DNA of 64,000 nucleotides from a virus: IMG/VR virus record IMGVR_UViG_3300020204_000007, positions 96,001 to 160,000 of that record; one strand, 5' to 3'. Shown piece by piece: positions 53,162 to 62,585 of this stretch (position 1 is its first letter; each line of letters starts with the position of its first letter). The notes under the pieces were generated by a model. It saw only the letters and a program-made list of their open reading frames with translations, ran no database searches and was not told where the DNA came from. The position numbers and the translations under genes were made by a program.

Positions 53162-53869
53162 ATGAATTCTCTGCATTTTCACAATGTATATTTTACTCTT
53201 TTAGCAAAACTTTTAGTGAGTCCTGACTATGTCTCAGCACCTCGTGGACAAAAAATCCATGAGAAAATCGGTGCTCAGTTTGTAATAGACCCTATTGATG
53301 GCACTAGATTAGACTGGACTAAAACAGGATTGCCAGAACGACAACCTATTTATGATAATTATTGCAAAAAAGAGCTTGATTGGTATTTAAGTGGTAATTT
53401 ACGAGCCGATAGCGCACCGGCTAAATTTTGGTTGACATTAGCCGACGACACTGGTTTAATTACTAGTAATTATGGATATTTAACACTATATGATGCAAAA
53501 TACAAACTCGCAGACGGCAGTTTTATTACTGGCTTTGAATATATAATTAAAACTTTAAAAGAAGATTCAGATAGTCGTCGAGCAATATTACATTATGGTG
53601 AATCTAAAAACTTTTGGGAAGGAAATAAAGACACGCCGTGTTGCGCTAATAATCAGTTTTTTATCAGAAATAAAGAACTGATTTGTGTTGTTAATTTTAG
53701 AAGCTGGGATATTTTCTTAGGGGTACCATATGATATTGAGTTTATTGCCCATTTACAAAAAAATATTGCAGATAGATTAAATGTAAAAACCGGCAAAATT
53801 ATTTGTAATGCCGGTAGTTTACATTTATATGAGCGAGACTTTAATAAAGCGGAAAAAGCTTTAACTTAA
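53162..53869 (+). CDS. thymidylate synthase-family enzyme, probable dCMP-type (hydroxy)methylase
   Basis: PRG, ELDWYLSG, NYG, SRRA, TPC, FRSWD, GVPYD (Asp at the Asn/Asp specificity site), GSLHLYE. Confidence 0.85.
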   Translation: MNSLHFHNVYFTLLAKLLVSPDYVSAPRGQKIHEKIGAQFVIDPIDGTRLDWTKTGLPERQPIYDNYCKKELDWYLSGNLRADSAPAKFWLTLADDTGLITSNYGYLTLYDAKYKLADGSFITGFEYIIKTLKEDSDSRRAILHYGESKNFWEGNKDTPCCANNQFFIRNKELICVVNFRSWDIFLGVPYDIEFIAHLQKNIADRLNVKTGKIICNAGSLHLYERDFNKAEKALT

Positions 53870-53872
53870 AAA

Positions 53873-54571
53873 TCATAAGTCGTTTACAGAAATACCCTTT
53901 TCTTCAATAGGAGCAGCAGTCGCTCCTTCTGTTGAATATCTTACGGCCAAAAGTCCTTGAAATTCAACTGATTCTGTAAGAAGAGCGCCTGGTGTAAGAC
54001 TAGCACTAGCGCCAGATAAACGGCAATCTTTTAATACCATAAACGTAGTCAATGCACCTTCTGTCCAATTACCTTGTTCGTTTTTAGCGGCAGGAGTTTT
54101 CATTTTTACGGTAATGTCAAAAGATTTAGATAAAAGAATAGTGCGAGGGTCTAGATGTTTAGCTAATTCATCGCTACCAGTCAAAGCTCCTGCGCCTAAA
54201 TCAGTTGCTAATTTACCATTTTTAATATCTGAATCATTTTTAATTCCAGAAGGTGTATTTGCAGATAACGTGTCGCCTTCTGTTCTTACTAATGGATATT
54301 TTTCTGGGTCAGCTTTAGCTGTAGCTAACAAAGCTCCGCGGGTTGTATCAGTCATTAAACGAATAACTTGAAATGAGCCCGTGACTGGCATCATTGCAAG
54401 AGGCTCAATTGCTTCGACTTCGTATTGACCAAGAACTCTTACTTCTTGTAAATTGACGCTAACATTTACGCTTAATCCAACTGCATAAGCAATTGTTTTT
54501 GCTCCTGAACCAGTGTCAATATCTATTTTACAGAGTGGCGCAGATGCAAATAATGGTAATTTACCAGCCAT
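53873..54571 (-). CDS. tail tube protein
   Basis: IAYAVGLSV..VRVLGQYE..AIEP..VTGSFQVIR; LDP..ILLS..FDI; LKDCR. Confidence 0.7.
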   Translation of the reverse strand: MAGKLPLFASAPLCKIDIDTGSGAKTIAYAVGLSVNVSVNLQEVRVLGQYEVEAIEPLAMMPVTGSFQVIRLMTDTTRGALLATAKADPEKYPLVRTEGDTLSANTPSGIKNDSDIKNGKLATDLGAGALTGSDELAKHLDPRTILLSKSFDITVKMKTPAAKNEQGNWTEGALTTFMVLKDCRLSGASASLTPGALLTESVEFQGLLAVRYSTEGATAAPIEEKGISVNDL

Positions 54572-54588
54572 TTTCTTAAATCCTTATT

Positions 54589-55140
54589 TTAAATTAAGCC
54601 CGATAGACCTTCATCTGCAACTTTATCTTCAATTCTTCTGCATTGGAAAGAAATATTTTCAATTAGAAGTTCGCCTGGGACAAAGTTAAAGTTATAATTT
54701 GCAATCCTACAGTCTCTTAAAACAAAAAGAAGCTTACCTTCTAGCCTTTCCGCCACTGCTGTTTTAGGATCTTTTTCATATACTTCAATGTCAAAGGTAG
54801 AAGAAAGCAATAATTGAGCTGGATTCATTGCTTTTGTATCAACAACTGAGTTACCAGCGAGGCCATTTCTTTTTTCCGTTTTTTCCATTGCGTCTGGTCT
54901 AGTATTTTTATCTAATCTTTTATCAAGCATTTCGTCTGTCCAACGGGTAATTTGCACAGAGCCGCTAGCTGCAAATCCAGTTGGTTCTAAGGCAAGAACA
55001 TCGTAAGCGCCAATTCCCATAACCGCAGTATGAGAAACGTTACGCTGAAAACTTAAACTTTGAGCAAATGCTACGCGAATTTCACCAATGCGTATGATTA
55101 AATTTGCGCCAGATAAAAATGTTGGTAATTGACCAGCCAT
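54589..55140 (-). CDS. tail tube protein
   Basis: VAFAQSLSF..MGIGAYD..ALEP..ASGSVQITR; MNP..LLLS..FDI; LRDCR. Confidence 0.7.
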   Translation of the reverse strand: MAGQLPTFLSGANLIIRIGEIRVAFAQSLSFQRNVSHTAVMGIGAYDVLALEPTGFAASGSVQITRWTDEMLDKRLDKNTRPDAMEKTEKRNGLAGNSVVDTKAMNPAQLLLSSTFDIEVYEKDPKTAVAERLEGKLLFVLRDCRIANYNFNFVPGELLIENISFQCRRIEDKVADEGLSGLI

Positions 55141-55189
55141 GACAGCTCCTAATAAGTTCTAATACATTATAGTACAGATATTTAGTACG

Positions 55190-56098
55190 TTATTGAATTG
55201 TATAACAACCAGATAATCCAACTATGCCTTTTGTGCCTGATGCAGTAAATGCAGTGCTGTTTACGTCTTTATAAAAAGTTAAAACGCCATCGCTACTAAT
55301 AACTAATTTACCATGCGTTAGCGTTCCATTATCTTTCACAATATGATTGATTGTTTTAGTAACAGAAGGTGTCAGCCACGCAGGGAGGCCAGTTATTGTC
55401 ATTGTCGTTGCATTGCTAGTTGCTTCTAAAAAAGACCCTGCAGAAAATACAACTAAATCTCCAACTCTCACGTATCTGAATGTTGCAGAAGGACTTGTTG
55501 CACAGCCAGTCAAAATTCCTGTGAATGAACCTTCTACAAAAAAAGATAAAGCTGTATTTTGAGCATTATGTACAAAAGAGGTGTTATTGAATTTTATTTC
55601 TTTAGGAAGTAACGTTCCTGTGCTGGTTAAATTTCCAGTTAATGTTGCAGTGCCTGTAACGTTTATTCCCGATCCGGCTGTAATTGTGCTTGATGCAGAA
55701 ATATTAGCGGCAGAAATTGCAGTTGCGTCTAAAGATGCAAAATAACCATTTGCCCAACGATATGAAGAACTTCCTAGATTGTATGTCGTAGTAGTTTGGG
55801 GAACAATAGAAGAATTAATACTACCATTTATTGCAACAGTGCTACTAAATGTTGTAACTCCTGAGACATTTAAAGTGCTCAGGTTCATTATTCCTGTGGT
55901 ATTTAATGTATTAGATAAAGTAGTAATACCGGTTACGTTTAATGTACCGCCAATTGATAAGTTACCACCGATAGAACCATTTTTTAATAATGGAACGGTA
56001 AATCCTTGTGGTAAATCAATTGCAACACCAGGCTCTTTAACTATACCAACTGGTGCGTTAACAGGATCTGTTTTTGTAGCTCCGTATAAATTAGCCAT
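55190..56098 (-). CDS. tail fibre-like structural protein
   Basis: G/T/S/N-rich beta repeats, YNLGSSSYRW, YVRVGDLV. Confidence 0.7.
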   Translation of the reverse strand: MANLYGATKTDPVNAPVGIVKEPGVAIDLPQGFTVPLLKNGSIGGNLSIGGTLNVTGITTLSNTLNTTGIMNLSTLNVSGVTTFSSTVAINGSINSSIVPQTTTTYNLGSSSYRWANGYFASLDATAISAANISASSTITAGSGINVTGTATLTGNLTSTGTLLPKEIKFNNTSFVHNAQNTALSFFVEGSFTGILTGCATSPSATFRYVRVGDLVVFSAGSFLEATSNATTMTITGLPAWLTPSVTKTINHIVKDNGTLTHGKLVISSDGVLTFYKDVNSTAFTASGTKGIVGLSGCYTIQ

Positions 56099-56394
56099 TA
56101 CAAAACATCTCCAGTGCCAAATAAACTGCCTGTGCCATAAATATCAGTGGCTTCGGTAAAAATTGAACCAATAATATTATAGTCTGCATTTATTTGAAGA
56201 TTATTGCATAAATGGACTTGATTAGCAGCAAGAATAAACGGAGAGTCTGATGGATTCAAAATATCAACAATATAATAAACACCAGAATTAGTATAATTAA
56301 TAAATAAAGAACCAGTATTCGGATCAAATGATACCGGATTGGTAATGATCGCAGAATATCTCAGTGATTGAACACTGGCTCTTTGTAAAATCAT
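56098..56394 (-). CDS. putative structural protein
   Basis: Abuts fibre gene. Confidence 0.5.
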   Translation of the reverse strand: MILQRASVQSLRYSAIITNPVSFDPNTGSLFINYTNSGVYYIVDILNPSDSPFILAANQVHLCNNLQINADYNIIGSIFTEATDIYGTGSLFGTGDVL

Positions 56395-56398
56395 TCAA

Positions 56399-57388
56399 TT
56401 AGTTCCATTGCGTCATGCCTTCTCGTTCATATAATACTTCATGAACAGATTGTTGCAGAGAAATTTCTTCTAATTCATGTCGGATGATTGCTTCAATTAC
56501 ATGGTCAGGTGTCATGCCTTTACCACGAAATGCATCTTTTTGTGATTCAGTCATTTTCAGTTGGCCAACACCTTCTACTAATTCGAACACTTCTTCGTCC
56601 GTTGGGGGAAGAACTTTGATTAATTTATTAAATCTTCCAGGACGATTTGTAAGTTGTGGCCCAAGCTGTTTTGCAAAATTTGTAGTGCATAGAATCATTG
56701 TTGGGACACGAAACAACCCAGCAACACCATCAAGAAAATTTAAACACGATGGATTAAATACAGTTGAATTTTGTACTGAATCTTTTTTACCAAAATCTTC
56801 AATAACAAGAATAATTCGTTTAACATCTTCAGCATATGGTTTAAGAAAAATATGCGTGAGCATATTAAAATTAATATCACCATCAACAGAAACTACTGCA
56901 GTGCCTTCTGTTTGAAGAGCAAATTCAGAGAAATTACGAATCAATGCAGATTTTCCCATTCCAGGCTCTGAATATAAAAGATATGCACGTTTAGATTTTT
57001 TAAACTTATCTTCAAGAATTGCGCTTTTTTCAAAAAAATTTGCAAAAAGTTTTTTGAGATATTTACTTGTATTAGTTTCAAAAAATTTTTCTTGAGATTT
57101 TGGAAGAGCTAGCATTCCGTGTTCAGAATGAAGATAATGCGAACCACATCGGATTTGATGTTTTTCTTTAAACTCTTCCAAAGCTTCTTCTTTTTTACGT
57201 TTTGCTTCTTCTAATTTTTGTTTTTCTTTATCATTTTCCGAATCAATTGTTTCTTCTGTTAAGAGCTTAGATTCAATTTTATATGTAATAATTTTATTAT
57301 CTTGAATAATGAAATTTTCTGAAATATCAATTTCCATAGTCGGAGTAATATCTGCAATTTCTTTAATTACTAATTTTTGAAGTTTCAT
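56399..57388 (-). CDS. AAA+ ATPase
   Basis: YLLYSEPGMGKS, LVIED, LNFLDG, TTN, RPGRF. Confidence 0.88.
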   Translation of the reverse strand: MKLQKLVIKEIADITPTMEIDISENFIIQDNKIITYKIESKLLTEETIDSENDKEKQKLEEAKRKKEEALEEFKEKHQIRCGSHYLHSEHGMLALPKSQEKFFETNTSKYLKKLFANFFEKSAILEDKFKKSKRAYLLYSEPGMGKSALIRNFSEFALQTEGTAVVSVDGDINFNMLTHIFLKPYAEDVKRIILVIEDFGKKDSVQNSTVFNPSCLNFLDGVAGLFRVPTMILCTTNFAKQLGPQLTNRPGRFNKLIKVLPPTDEEVFELVEGVGQLKMTESQKDAFRGKGMTPDHVIEAIIRHELEEISLQQSVHEVLYEREGMTQWN

Positions 57389-57400
57389 AATTCATCCAAT

Positions 57401-57778
57401 TTATTTTTTGTTTTTTGAATTTTCTTCATCTTGCAATTCTTGTTCTTTTTGTTCTAATTTATATTTTTGAAATTCTTCAATTACATTGATTGAAGCGGAG
57501 GGGGCTGGTGTATCGATTTTAATAAAAGATTCTTCAAATAATACAAGCTGTTCTTGTTTTTCTTTTAAAAACTGTTCTTGACTATTTAAAATATTTAAAT
57601 AAATATCATCCCAACGTTCTCTTGGAAGACATTTTTTTATGCGCTCCGCGGCTTCTGGATTTTTTATATGTATTTCTTGATGTAATTCATCAGAAACTAC
57701 TGCAAACCCATTTTGATCTAAAATATGAAAGCCTTCTGGTGACCAAAGGGGCTCGCCTTTTTTGATAATAATTTTCAT
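57401..57778 (-). CDS. hypothetical protein
   Basis: GGAGGAG RBS. Confidence 0.65.
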   Translation of the reverse strand: MKIIIKKGEPLWSPEGFHILDQNGFAVVSDELHQEIHIKNPEAAERIKKCLPRERWDDIYLNILNSQEQFLKEKQEQLVLFEESFIKIDTPAPSASINVIEEFQKYKLEQKEQELQDEENSKNKK

Positions 57779-57786
57779 GACTCCTC

Positions 57787-58479
57787 CTATATTTTAATAA
57801 TGTAATTTACGTTTGCGTTTAATGGGCGCGTTTCGGTGTCGCCAGCATTAACAGTTATCCCGTGATTATGGCTAGCTGACATACCACCAGTTGTAGTGTA
57901 GTGAGAGTGGTTCTCACTAATCCAGCCCGTGCCACCGCCATGGGAATGGTTTGGGGCTGTTTGAACAGTTGTCCATGAATCGTCAATTGGTACGACACCA
58001 CCGGCATTATACATGCTATTCCAGTTATAATCATTTGCGCGGGGTAATGTGTTATAACCATCACCACTAATTCCGTGATAATGGTTAGCACTAACGCCTC
58101 CAGATTGGCCTCCATGCGAATGGTCTGCGCTTTGATTACCAGAAGAAGCAGAAAGCCCATTCTTAGCAGTAGCATTTCCTTGCACAGAGCCAACAGCATC
58201 TCCAGTATTACCACCCGCATTAGATGCTGCTCTGGTTGTTCTATCTGGATCTCGAGCTATACCTGCGTCACGACCTCTAATAAATCGACCGCGTAAATCT
58301 GGTAAATGGAAAGTGGTAGAACCATCACCATTCCCCCATGCGGTGCTTAAAGCCGAAAATAAATTAGGATAAACTGTTCTGCTTATTGCAGAACCATCGC
58401 AAACAAGCCAACCGGCTGGAGCAGTAGCACCGCCATACGGCAAAATAGTTCCAGGTGGTACGAAGTTAAATAATGTCAT
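57787..58479 (-). CDS. tail collar domain / short fibre protein
   Basis: PPGTILPYGG..AP.GWLVCDG.AISR..YP.LF...FHLPDLRGRFIRG; HSH repeats; ETRP.N..VNYIIK. Confidence 0.9.
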   Translation of the reverse strand: MTLFNFVPPGTILPYGGATAPAGWLVCDGSAISRTVYPNLFSALSTAWGNGDGSTTFHLPDLRGRFIRGRDAGIARDPDRTTRAASNAGGNTGDAVGSVQGNATAKNGLSASSGNQSADHSHGGQSGGVSANHYHGISGDGYNTLPRANDYNWNSMYNAGGVVPIDDSWTTVQTAPNHSHGGGTGWISENHSHYTTTGGMSASHNHGITVNAGDTETRPLNANVNYIIKI

Positions 58480-58811
58480 TTGATAAACCAATTTCCATTA
58501 TACGCAACTAACTCAAATGATGAATATTGTGGCAAGATTTGAGTTAATTGTCCATCAATAGTTTGCGTACTAAATCCATCAACTGTAACATTACCAGTAT
58601 TTATGTTTTTAAAAAATAAAACGCAACCGTCTTTATTGAGAGCCGTAGGTAAATTTATAGTAATTGCTGAAGCTGAATTACAAACATAGATGTTATTTAC
58701 TGGTAATGTTGATAGCGTAGTTGTTGTAGTTAATTCAACAACATAATATTGTAAATAAAAATCTCGCATAAATACTGGAGTGGGTTTAAATTTAGATGTA
58801 TAAGTAGCCAT
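58476..58811 (-). CDS. tail fibre-associated protein
   Basis: AITINLPTA..G..L.FKN...VTV....TIDG...W. Confidence 0.65.
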   Translation of the reverse strand: MATYTSKFKPTPVFMRDFYLQYYVVELTTTTTLSTLPVNNIYVCNSASAITINLPTALNKDGCVLFFKNINTGNVTVDGFSTQTIDGQLTQILPQYSSFELVAYNGNWFIK

Positions 58812-58822
58812 ATTAACCTCTA

Positions 58823-59461
58823 TTACGCCCAATATCCATTAGACACAGTCCATGCCGTTCCGCTTGCGTTTGATCCTAAAGCTAGGCTAACGGAAGAAGA
58901 AGTCACAGACCATGTATTTGTGTATGAACTGCCGTTGCTCAATCCTTGAATTGTTGAACTAATACCAGAGACTGTTCCATAATTTAATTGGATATTATTA
59001 TTAGAATAAAAAATAATCTCGACAGTAAAATTGTCTGCGTTATTAGAGTAAGAAGTTCCGCGCCAATAAATTCTATATCGATCTACACCTTTTAACCGCG
59101 ACATACTTCCCGCTTGAAACTCATATAAACGACGATCTGCCGATAAAAAGTGCAGAGCGCGACCTGGGGATGATGGAGAATAACTAGAAAATTGGCTTGA
59201 GGCAACACCAAATGTTATATAACCATTGCTACCAATATAAATACCGCCATTATTATTATTTCCATAATTTGTGCCAAAAAAATTGAACGTAAATGGTATA
59301 GTAGCAGCAAAATATGAATCGTCAATATTACCAGAATAAATCAAAGTTAAACCAGCGGTGCCGTAAATTCCCTCAAAACCTGGTGTAACGTTTGGTGTTG
59401 GAGGTGGTGGCGGTGGTGGCGGTTTTTTAGATAAAGCCCGAAGGCTCGGAAGAGCAAACAT
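58823..59461 (-). CDS. virion protein with nidogen(NIDO)-like domain and polyproline linker
   Basis: DDSY....IPFTFNFFGTNY...IYIGSNGYITFG. Confidence 0.6.
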   Translation of the reverse strand: MFALPSLRALSKKPPPPPPPPTPNVTPGFEGIYGTAGLTLIYSGNIDDSYFAATIPFTFNFFGTNYGNNNNGGIYIGSNGYITFGVASSQFSSYSPSSPGRALHFLSADRRLYEFQAGSMSRLKGVDRYRIYWRGTSYSNNADNFTVEIIFYSNNNIQLNYGTVSGISSTIQGLSNGSSYTNTWSVTSSSVSLALGSNASGTAWTVSNGYWA

Positions 59462-59464
59462 TTT

Positions 59465-60952
59465 TTACACCACCGTATTGCCTGAGACGTTATAAACATC
59501 TGTTGAATAACTAATAATTGAAACTGCTCCATGTTGAGCAGCAATTTTCAATCCACTAGATGAATTTAATGTTGTGCTACTTGCTGCAATAGTTACTTGT
59601 CCAGAACCAATTTGAATAACAGAACAGTTAAACCCTAATCCAAGTCCTGCGGGAACTATAATTGTAGTTCCACCACCATTGTTAACAGTAATAATTTTTC
59701 CATTATCAGTAGATTGCAGAGTATAAGAATTTGTTTGAGCATTAATTGCAGAAGATGTTAGTCCATAACCACCAGAAGAAACTGCAGAAAATGTTTTTGT
59801 TCCTGCAAATGTCTGCGTAGTAGTGCTAACTAATCCATCCACAGAGGCGGTTGCTAATGGAACACTTGCCCAGCTTAATGTTCCAAGACCATCTGTGCTT
59901 AAAAATTGACCGCTTGAACCTTCTGCTGCTGGTAAAGTCCATGTAACATTAGATGCAATATTTACTGGGCTTTTTAGTGCAACGTAATTCGAACCATTTG
60001 CTGGCAATTCATTAAACCTAATTGAACCGGCAGAATCGATTGCAATATTTCCAGTAAATGTTTGGTCGCCATCTAGAGTTGCTATAGTAGATGTTCTATC
60101 TGGTGCGGATAATGAATGATTAGTAGATAAATTTGAATAATTGACGGAGAAAACCCTTCCGGCGTTATTTATGACGCTGAATATATCAGTAGTAAAAAAC
60201 ATTCTGGCAAAACCAGAAGACGGAGAGGATGGCGCTGAAGACTCTTGTTTAAAATCAACATACGCTGTCCCTGCAACTCCAGTACCTTTTACAGATAGGA
60301 ATGTAAATGCACCAGAGCTTGCTGTTGTTGCACCAATTGATGAAGAATCAATGGTTTTGTTAGTTAAGGCTTCAGAACCAGCTAGTGTCGCTAGCGTACC
60401 AGAAGTTGGTAATGTAATGCTAGTAACGCCTGTAGTAGTTAACGTAATGTTATTACTACCGTAAGTAAAAGAACCTGCGTTATCGACTCCAGTACCACCG
60501 CGAGTAGAAGCTAATTGAGCTTCGCTAGTTAATGCTCCAGAGCTCCAATAGGCAACATGGTTTGTAGTGCCAGAACCAAGAGCTATAGTTCCGTTTGTAT
60601 TTGGAATTGTTAGTGTTCTAGAAACACCGGTGGTGATGCCAGATAGTTGAAAATATAATTTTTTAGTATTATCTGTGTCATTAACAAAATAAACAGAACT
60701 ATCTAATAGTGCAGTATTTGTTAATGTGCCGCCAACATTTGATAAAGCAGTAGGTGCCCAATCGGAAGCATTAGAGCCAAATTTTACATATAAAGAACCG
60801 TTTGATCTTAGGTAAAGAGATCCAAGTGGAGCCGTGATAAATAATGTTGTTGGATCAGCCGATCCAGTTTCAATATAGGCGGCTTCGCCCAATTTAATTT
60901 TAGATTTAAGCGATTTAACATAATCGCCATTAAATATAACAGCGCTGCTCAT
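59465..60952 (-). CDS. tail fibre protein
   Basis: AP.GSLYLR, RGGTG, WTLP...GSSGQFLSTDG.GTLSW, YTL...DNGK. Confidence 0.8.
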   Translation of the reverse strand: MSSAVIFNGDYVKSLKSKIKLGEAAYIETGSADPTTLFITAPLGSLYLRSNGSLYVKFGSNASDWAPTALSNVGGTLTNTALLDSSVYFVNDTDNTKKLYFQLSGITTGVSRTLTIPNTNGTIALGSGTTNHVAYWSSGALTSEAQLASTRGGTGVDNAGSFTYGSNNITLTTTGVTSITLPTSGTLATLAGSEALTNKTIDSSSIGATTASSGAFTFLSVKGTGVAGTAYVDFKQESSAPSSPSSGFARMFFTTDIFSVINNAGRVFSVNYSNLSTNHSLSAPDRTSTIATLDGDQTFTGNIAIDSAGSIRFNELPANGSNYVALKSPVNIASNVTWTLPAAEGSSGQFLSTDGLGTLSWASVPLATASVDGLVSTTTQTFAGTKTFSAVSSGGYGLTSSAINAQTNSYTLQSTDNGKIITVNNGGGTTIIVPAGLGLGFNCSVIQIGSGQVTIAASSTTLNSSSGLKIAAQHGAVSIISYSTDVYNVSGNTVV

Positions 60953-61029
60953 GCTGTGCCTTTAGTTATTTTTAGCCGAGGCTAAAACTTATAAGTGGCT
61001 TGCGCCAGTAATATTTAATTGTATCACAA

Positions 61030-61278
61030 TTATGTTTTTGCCGGAGATGCAGTTTTAACCCAATTATTTTTGATTGCTAAGGTGACCATTTCTTGCTGAG
61101 TTGCTGGAATCTGCACGCCTTGTTCTAAACATTTTGCTTGGCAAACTGCAACAATTTGTTGAATTGCTATTTGAGCTCTTTCTTTAAATGTATTTGCCAG
61201 CCATGCTTGTGATGATTCACACACAACTCTCATAGCTTCTTCATCTAGTTCACTAATTTGTACAGTTACTAATGGCAT
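61030..61278 (-). CDS. small fibre-associated protein, paralogue of 61284-61544
   Basis: RAQIAI..IV..C.AKCLE...QIP...EMV.LAI.N.WV. Confidence 0.7.
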   Translation of the reverse strand: MPLVTVQISELDEEAMRVVCESSQAWLANTFKERAQIAIQQIVAVCQAKCLEQGVQIPATQQEMVTLAIKNNWVKTASPAKT

Positions 61279-61283
61279 AAATA

Positions 61284-61544
61284 TTATTCCGGAGCAGGTG
61301 ATTGAACAACTGCAGCAATTACAACCCAGCCATTTAAAATGGCAAGATCAACCATTTCCTCTTTTGAATTTGGGATTTGTGTTTGAGTTTCAAGACATTT
61401 TGCGACACACAATTGAACAATTTCATCAATTGCGATTTGGGCACGGCTCTTGACGGCGTTTTTAGCCCACTCTTGGGGCGAAAGAGCCGCCACACTCAAC
61501 GCTTTGAGCTCGGTTTCCGTGAGGTTTATTGTTATGTCCTGCAT
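61284..61544 (-). CDS. small fibre-associated protein
   Basis: Paralogue of 61030-61278; AAGGAG RBS. Confidence 0.7.
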   Translation of the reverse strand: MQDITINLTETELKALSVAALSPQEWAKNAVKSRAQIAIDEIVQLCVAKCLETQTQIPNSKEEMVDLAILNGWVVIAAVVQSPAPE

Positions 61545-61557
61545 ATTATTCTCCTTT

Positions 61558-62106
61558 TTATCCTATTAAATAGCAAATAACACCAGTGTGAGGTTCTGCC
61601 CACGAATATGTTGTCGTTCCGGAATAATAAAAATCAATATAATCGTTTGCTGCGCAATCTACCATAGCAGACACGTTCATGTCGTATGTATTGTCATTAT
61701 TGCTATACGCATATCTTACTGTGTTTGAGTTTTTCCTTATATGTAAATAAACAGCTGTTCCAACGGTGTCTACAAGCTGTTGAGCCTGAATAAAATATTT
61801 TCCTGCAACCGGAACCGTAATCCTAGATTGCCCAGCATTTACAGCAAATCCAACATTAAAAGAAGTCACTAGGTTGGGATTATAATTAGAAGTGTTCGAT
61901 GTGTATGTTGAGAATGAACCACTAAACATTGGTCTATTCGGAGTAAACACGTTTCCGCTAACGTTTACTGCTGTACCAGTAAATGCAATAGTTGTGCCAC
62001 TAAAAGTCTTATTACCCGCAAACGATTGTGTCCCTGTGCTAACCAGTCCACTTTGCGTTTCTGTCGCAATACCCGAAGATTGCTGTTTAATTACTGATGA
62101 TGACAT
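61558..62106 (-). CDS. C1q-like domain fibre protein
   Basis: PMFS...ITVPVAGKY...AANDYI. Confidence 0.7.
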   Translation of the reverse strand: MSSSVIKQQSSGIATETQSGLVSTGTQSFAGNKTFSGTTIAFTGTAVNVSGNVFTPNRPMFSGSFSTYTSNTSNYNPNLVTSFNVGFAVNAGQSRITVPVAGKYFIQAQQLVDTVGTAVYLHIRKNSNTVRYAYSNNDNTYDMNVSAMVDCAANDYIDFYYSGTTTYSWAEPHTGVICYLIG

Positions 62107-62109
62107 ATG

Positions 62110-62574
62110 TTACCCCACTAAATATCCACAAATCCAATTATATTCACCGTTTCCTCCGTCCGCGTACAACGAGGTTGCAGCATCTGCCGAAATCCTAACA
62201 TCTAAAATATCGCCAACATTTGCTTTTAATAACCACCATTGTCCGGCTGTATAATTAAAACCAGTATATGCTTCGGTAGAGCGCAGCTGTTGGTTTTCAT
62301 TAGTTCCGTTTTTATAAGCATTCATACGAACTACAACATTGTTTGCATTTTGTCGCAAATAGCTTGCACCTATTAAATACAGTCCAGCAACAGGGCAAGT
62401 AAATCGCATTGTTGACGTATTAAAATGAGAGCCATTATTAAATTTTACCGTTCCTCCTGTAGGAGGAAGAGCAGCGGTTCCTGTTAAAGACATTGCCCCA
62501 GGCCACCCTATAAAAAAAGAAGGGCGTTCAGGAAAAACAGGGTAACTGCTTTGTATTAATGGTACTTTTGCCAT
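62110..62574 (-). CDS. stand-alone C1q-like domain protein
   Basis: FNNGSHFNTSTMRFTCPVAGLY...GDIL...CGYLVG. Confidence 0.75.
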   Translation of the reverse strand: MAKVPLIQSSYPVFPERPSFFIGWPGAMSLTGTAALPPTGGTVKFNNGSHFNTSTMRFTCPVAGLYLIGASYLRQNANNVVVRMNAYKNGTNENQQLRSTEAYTGFNYTAGQWWLLKANVGDILDVRISADAATSLYADGGNGEYNWICGYLVG

Positions 62575-62585
62575 GTTTTTCTCCG

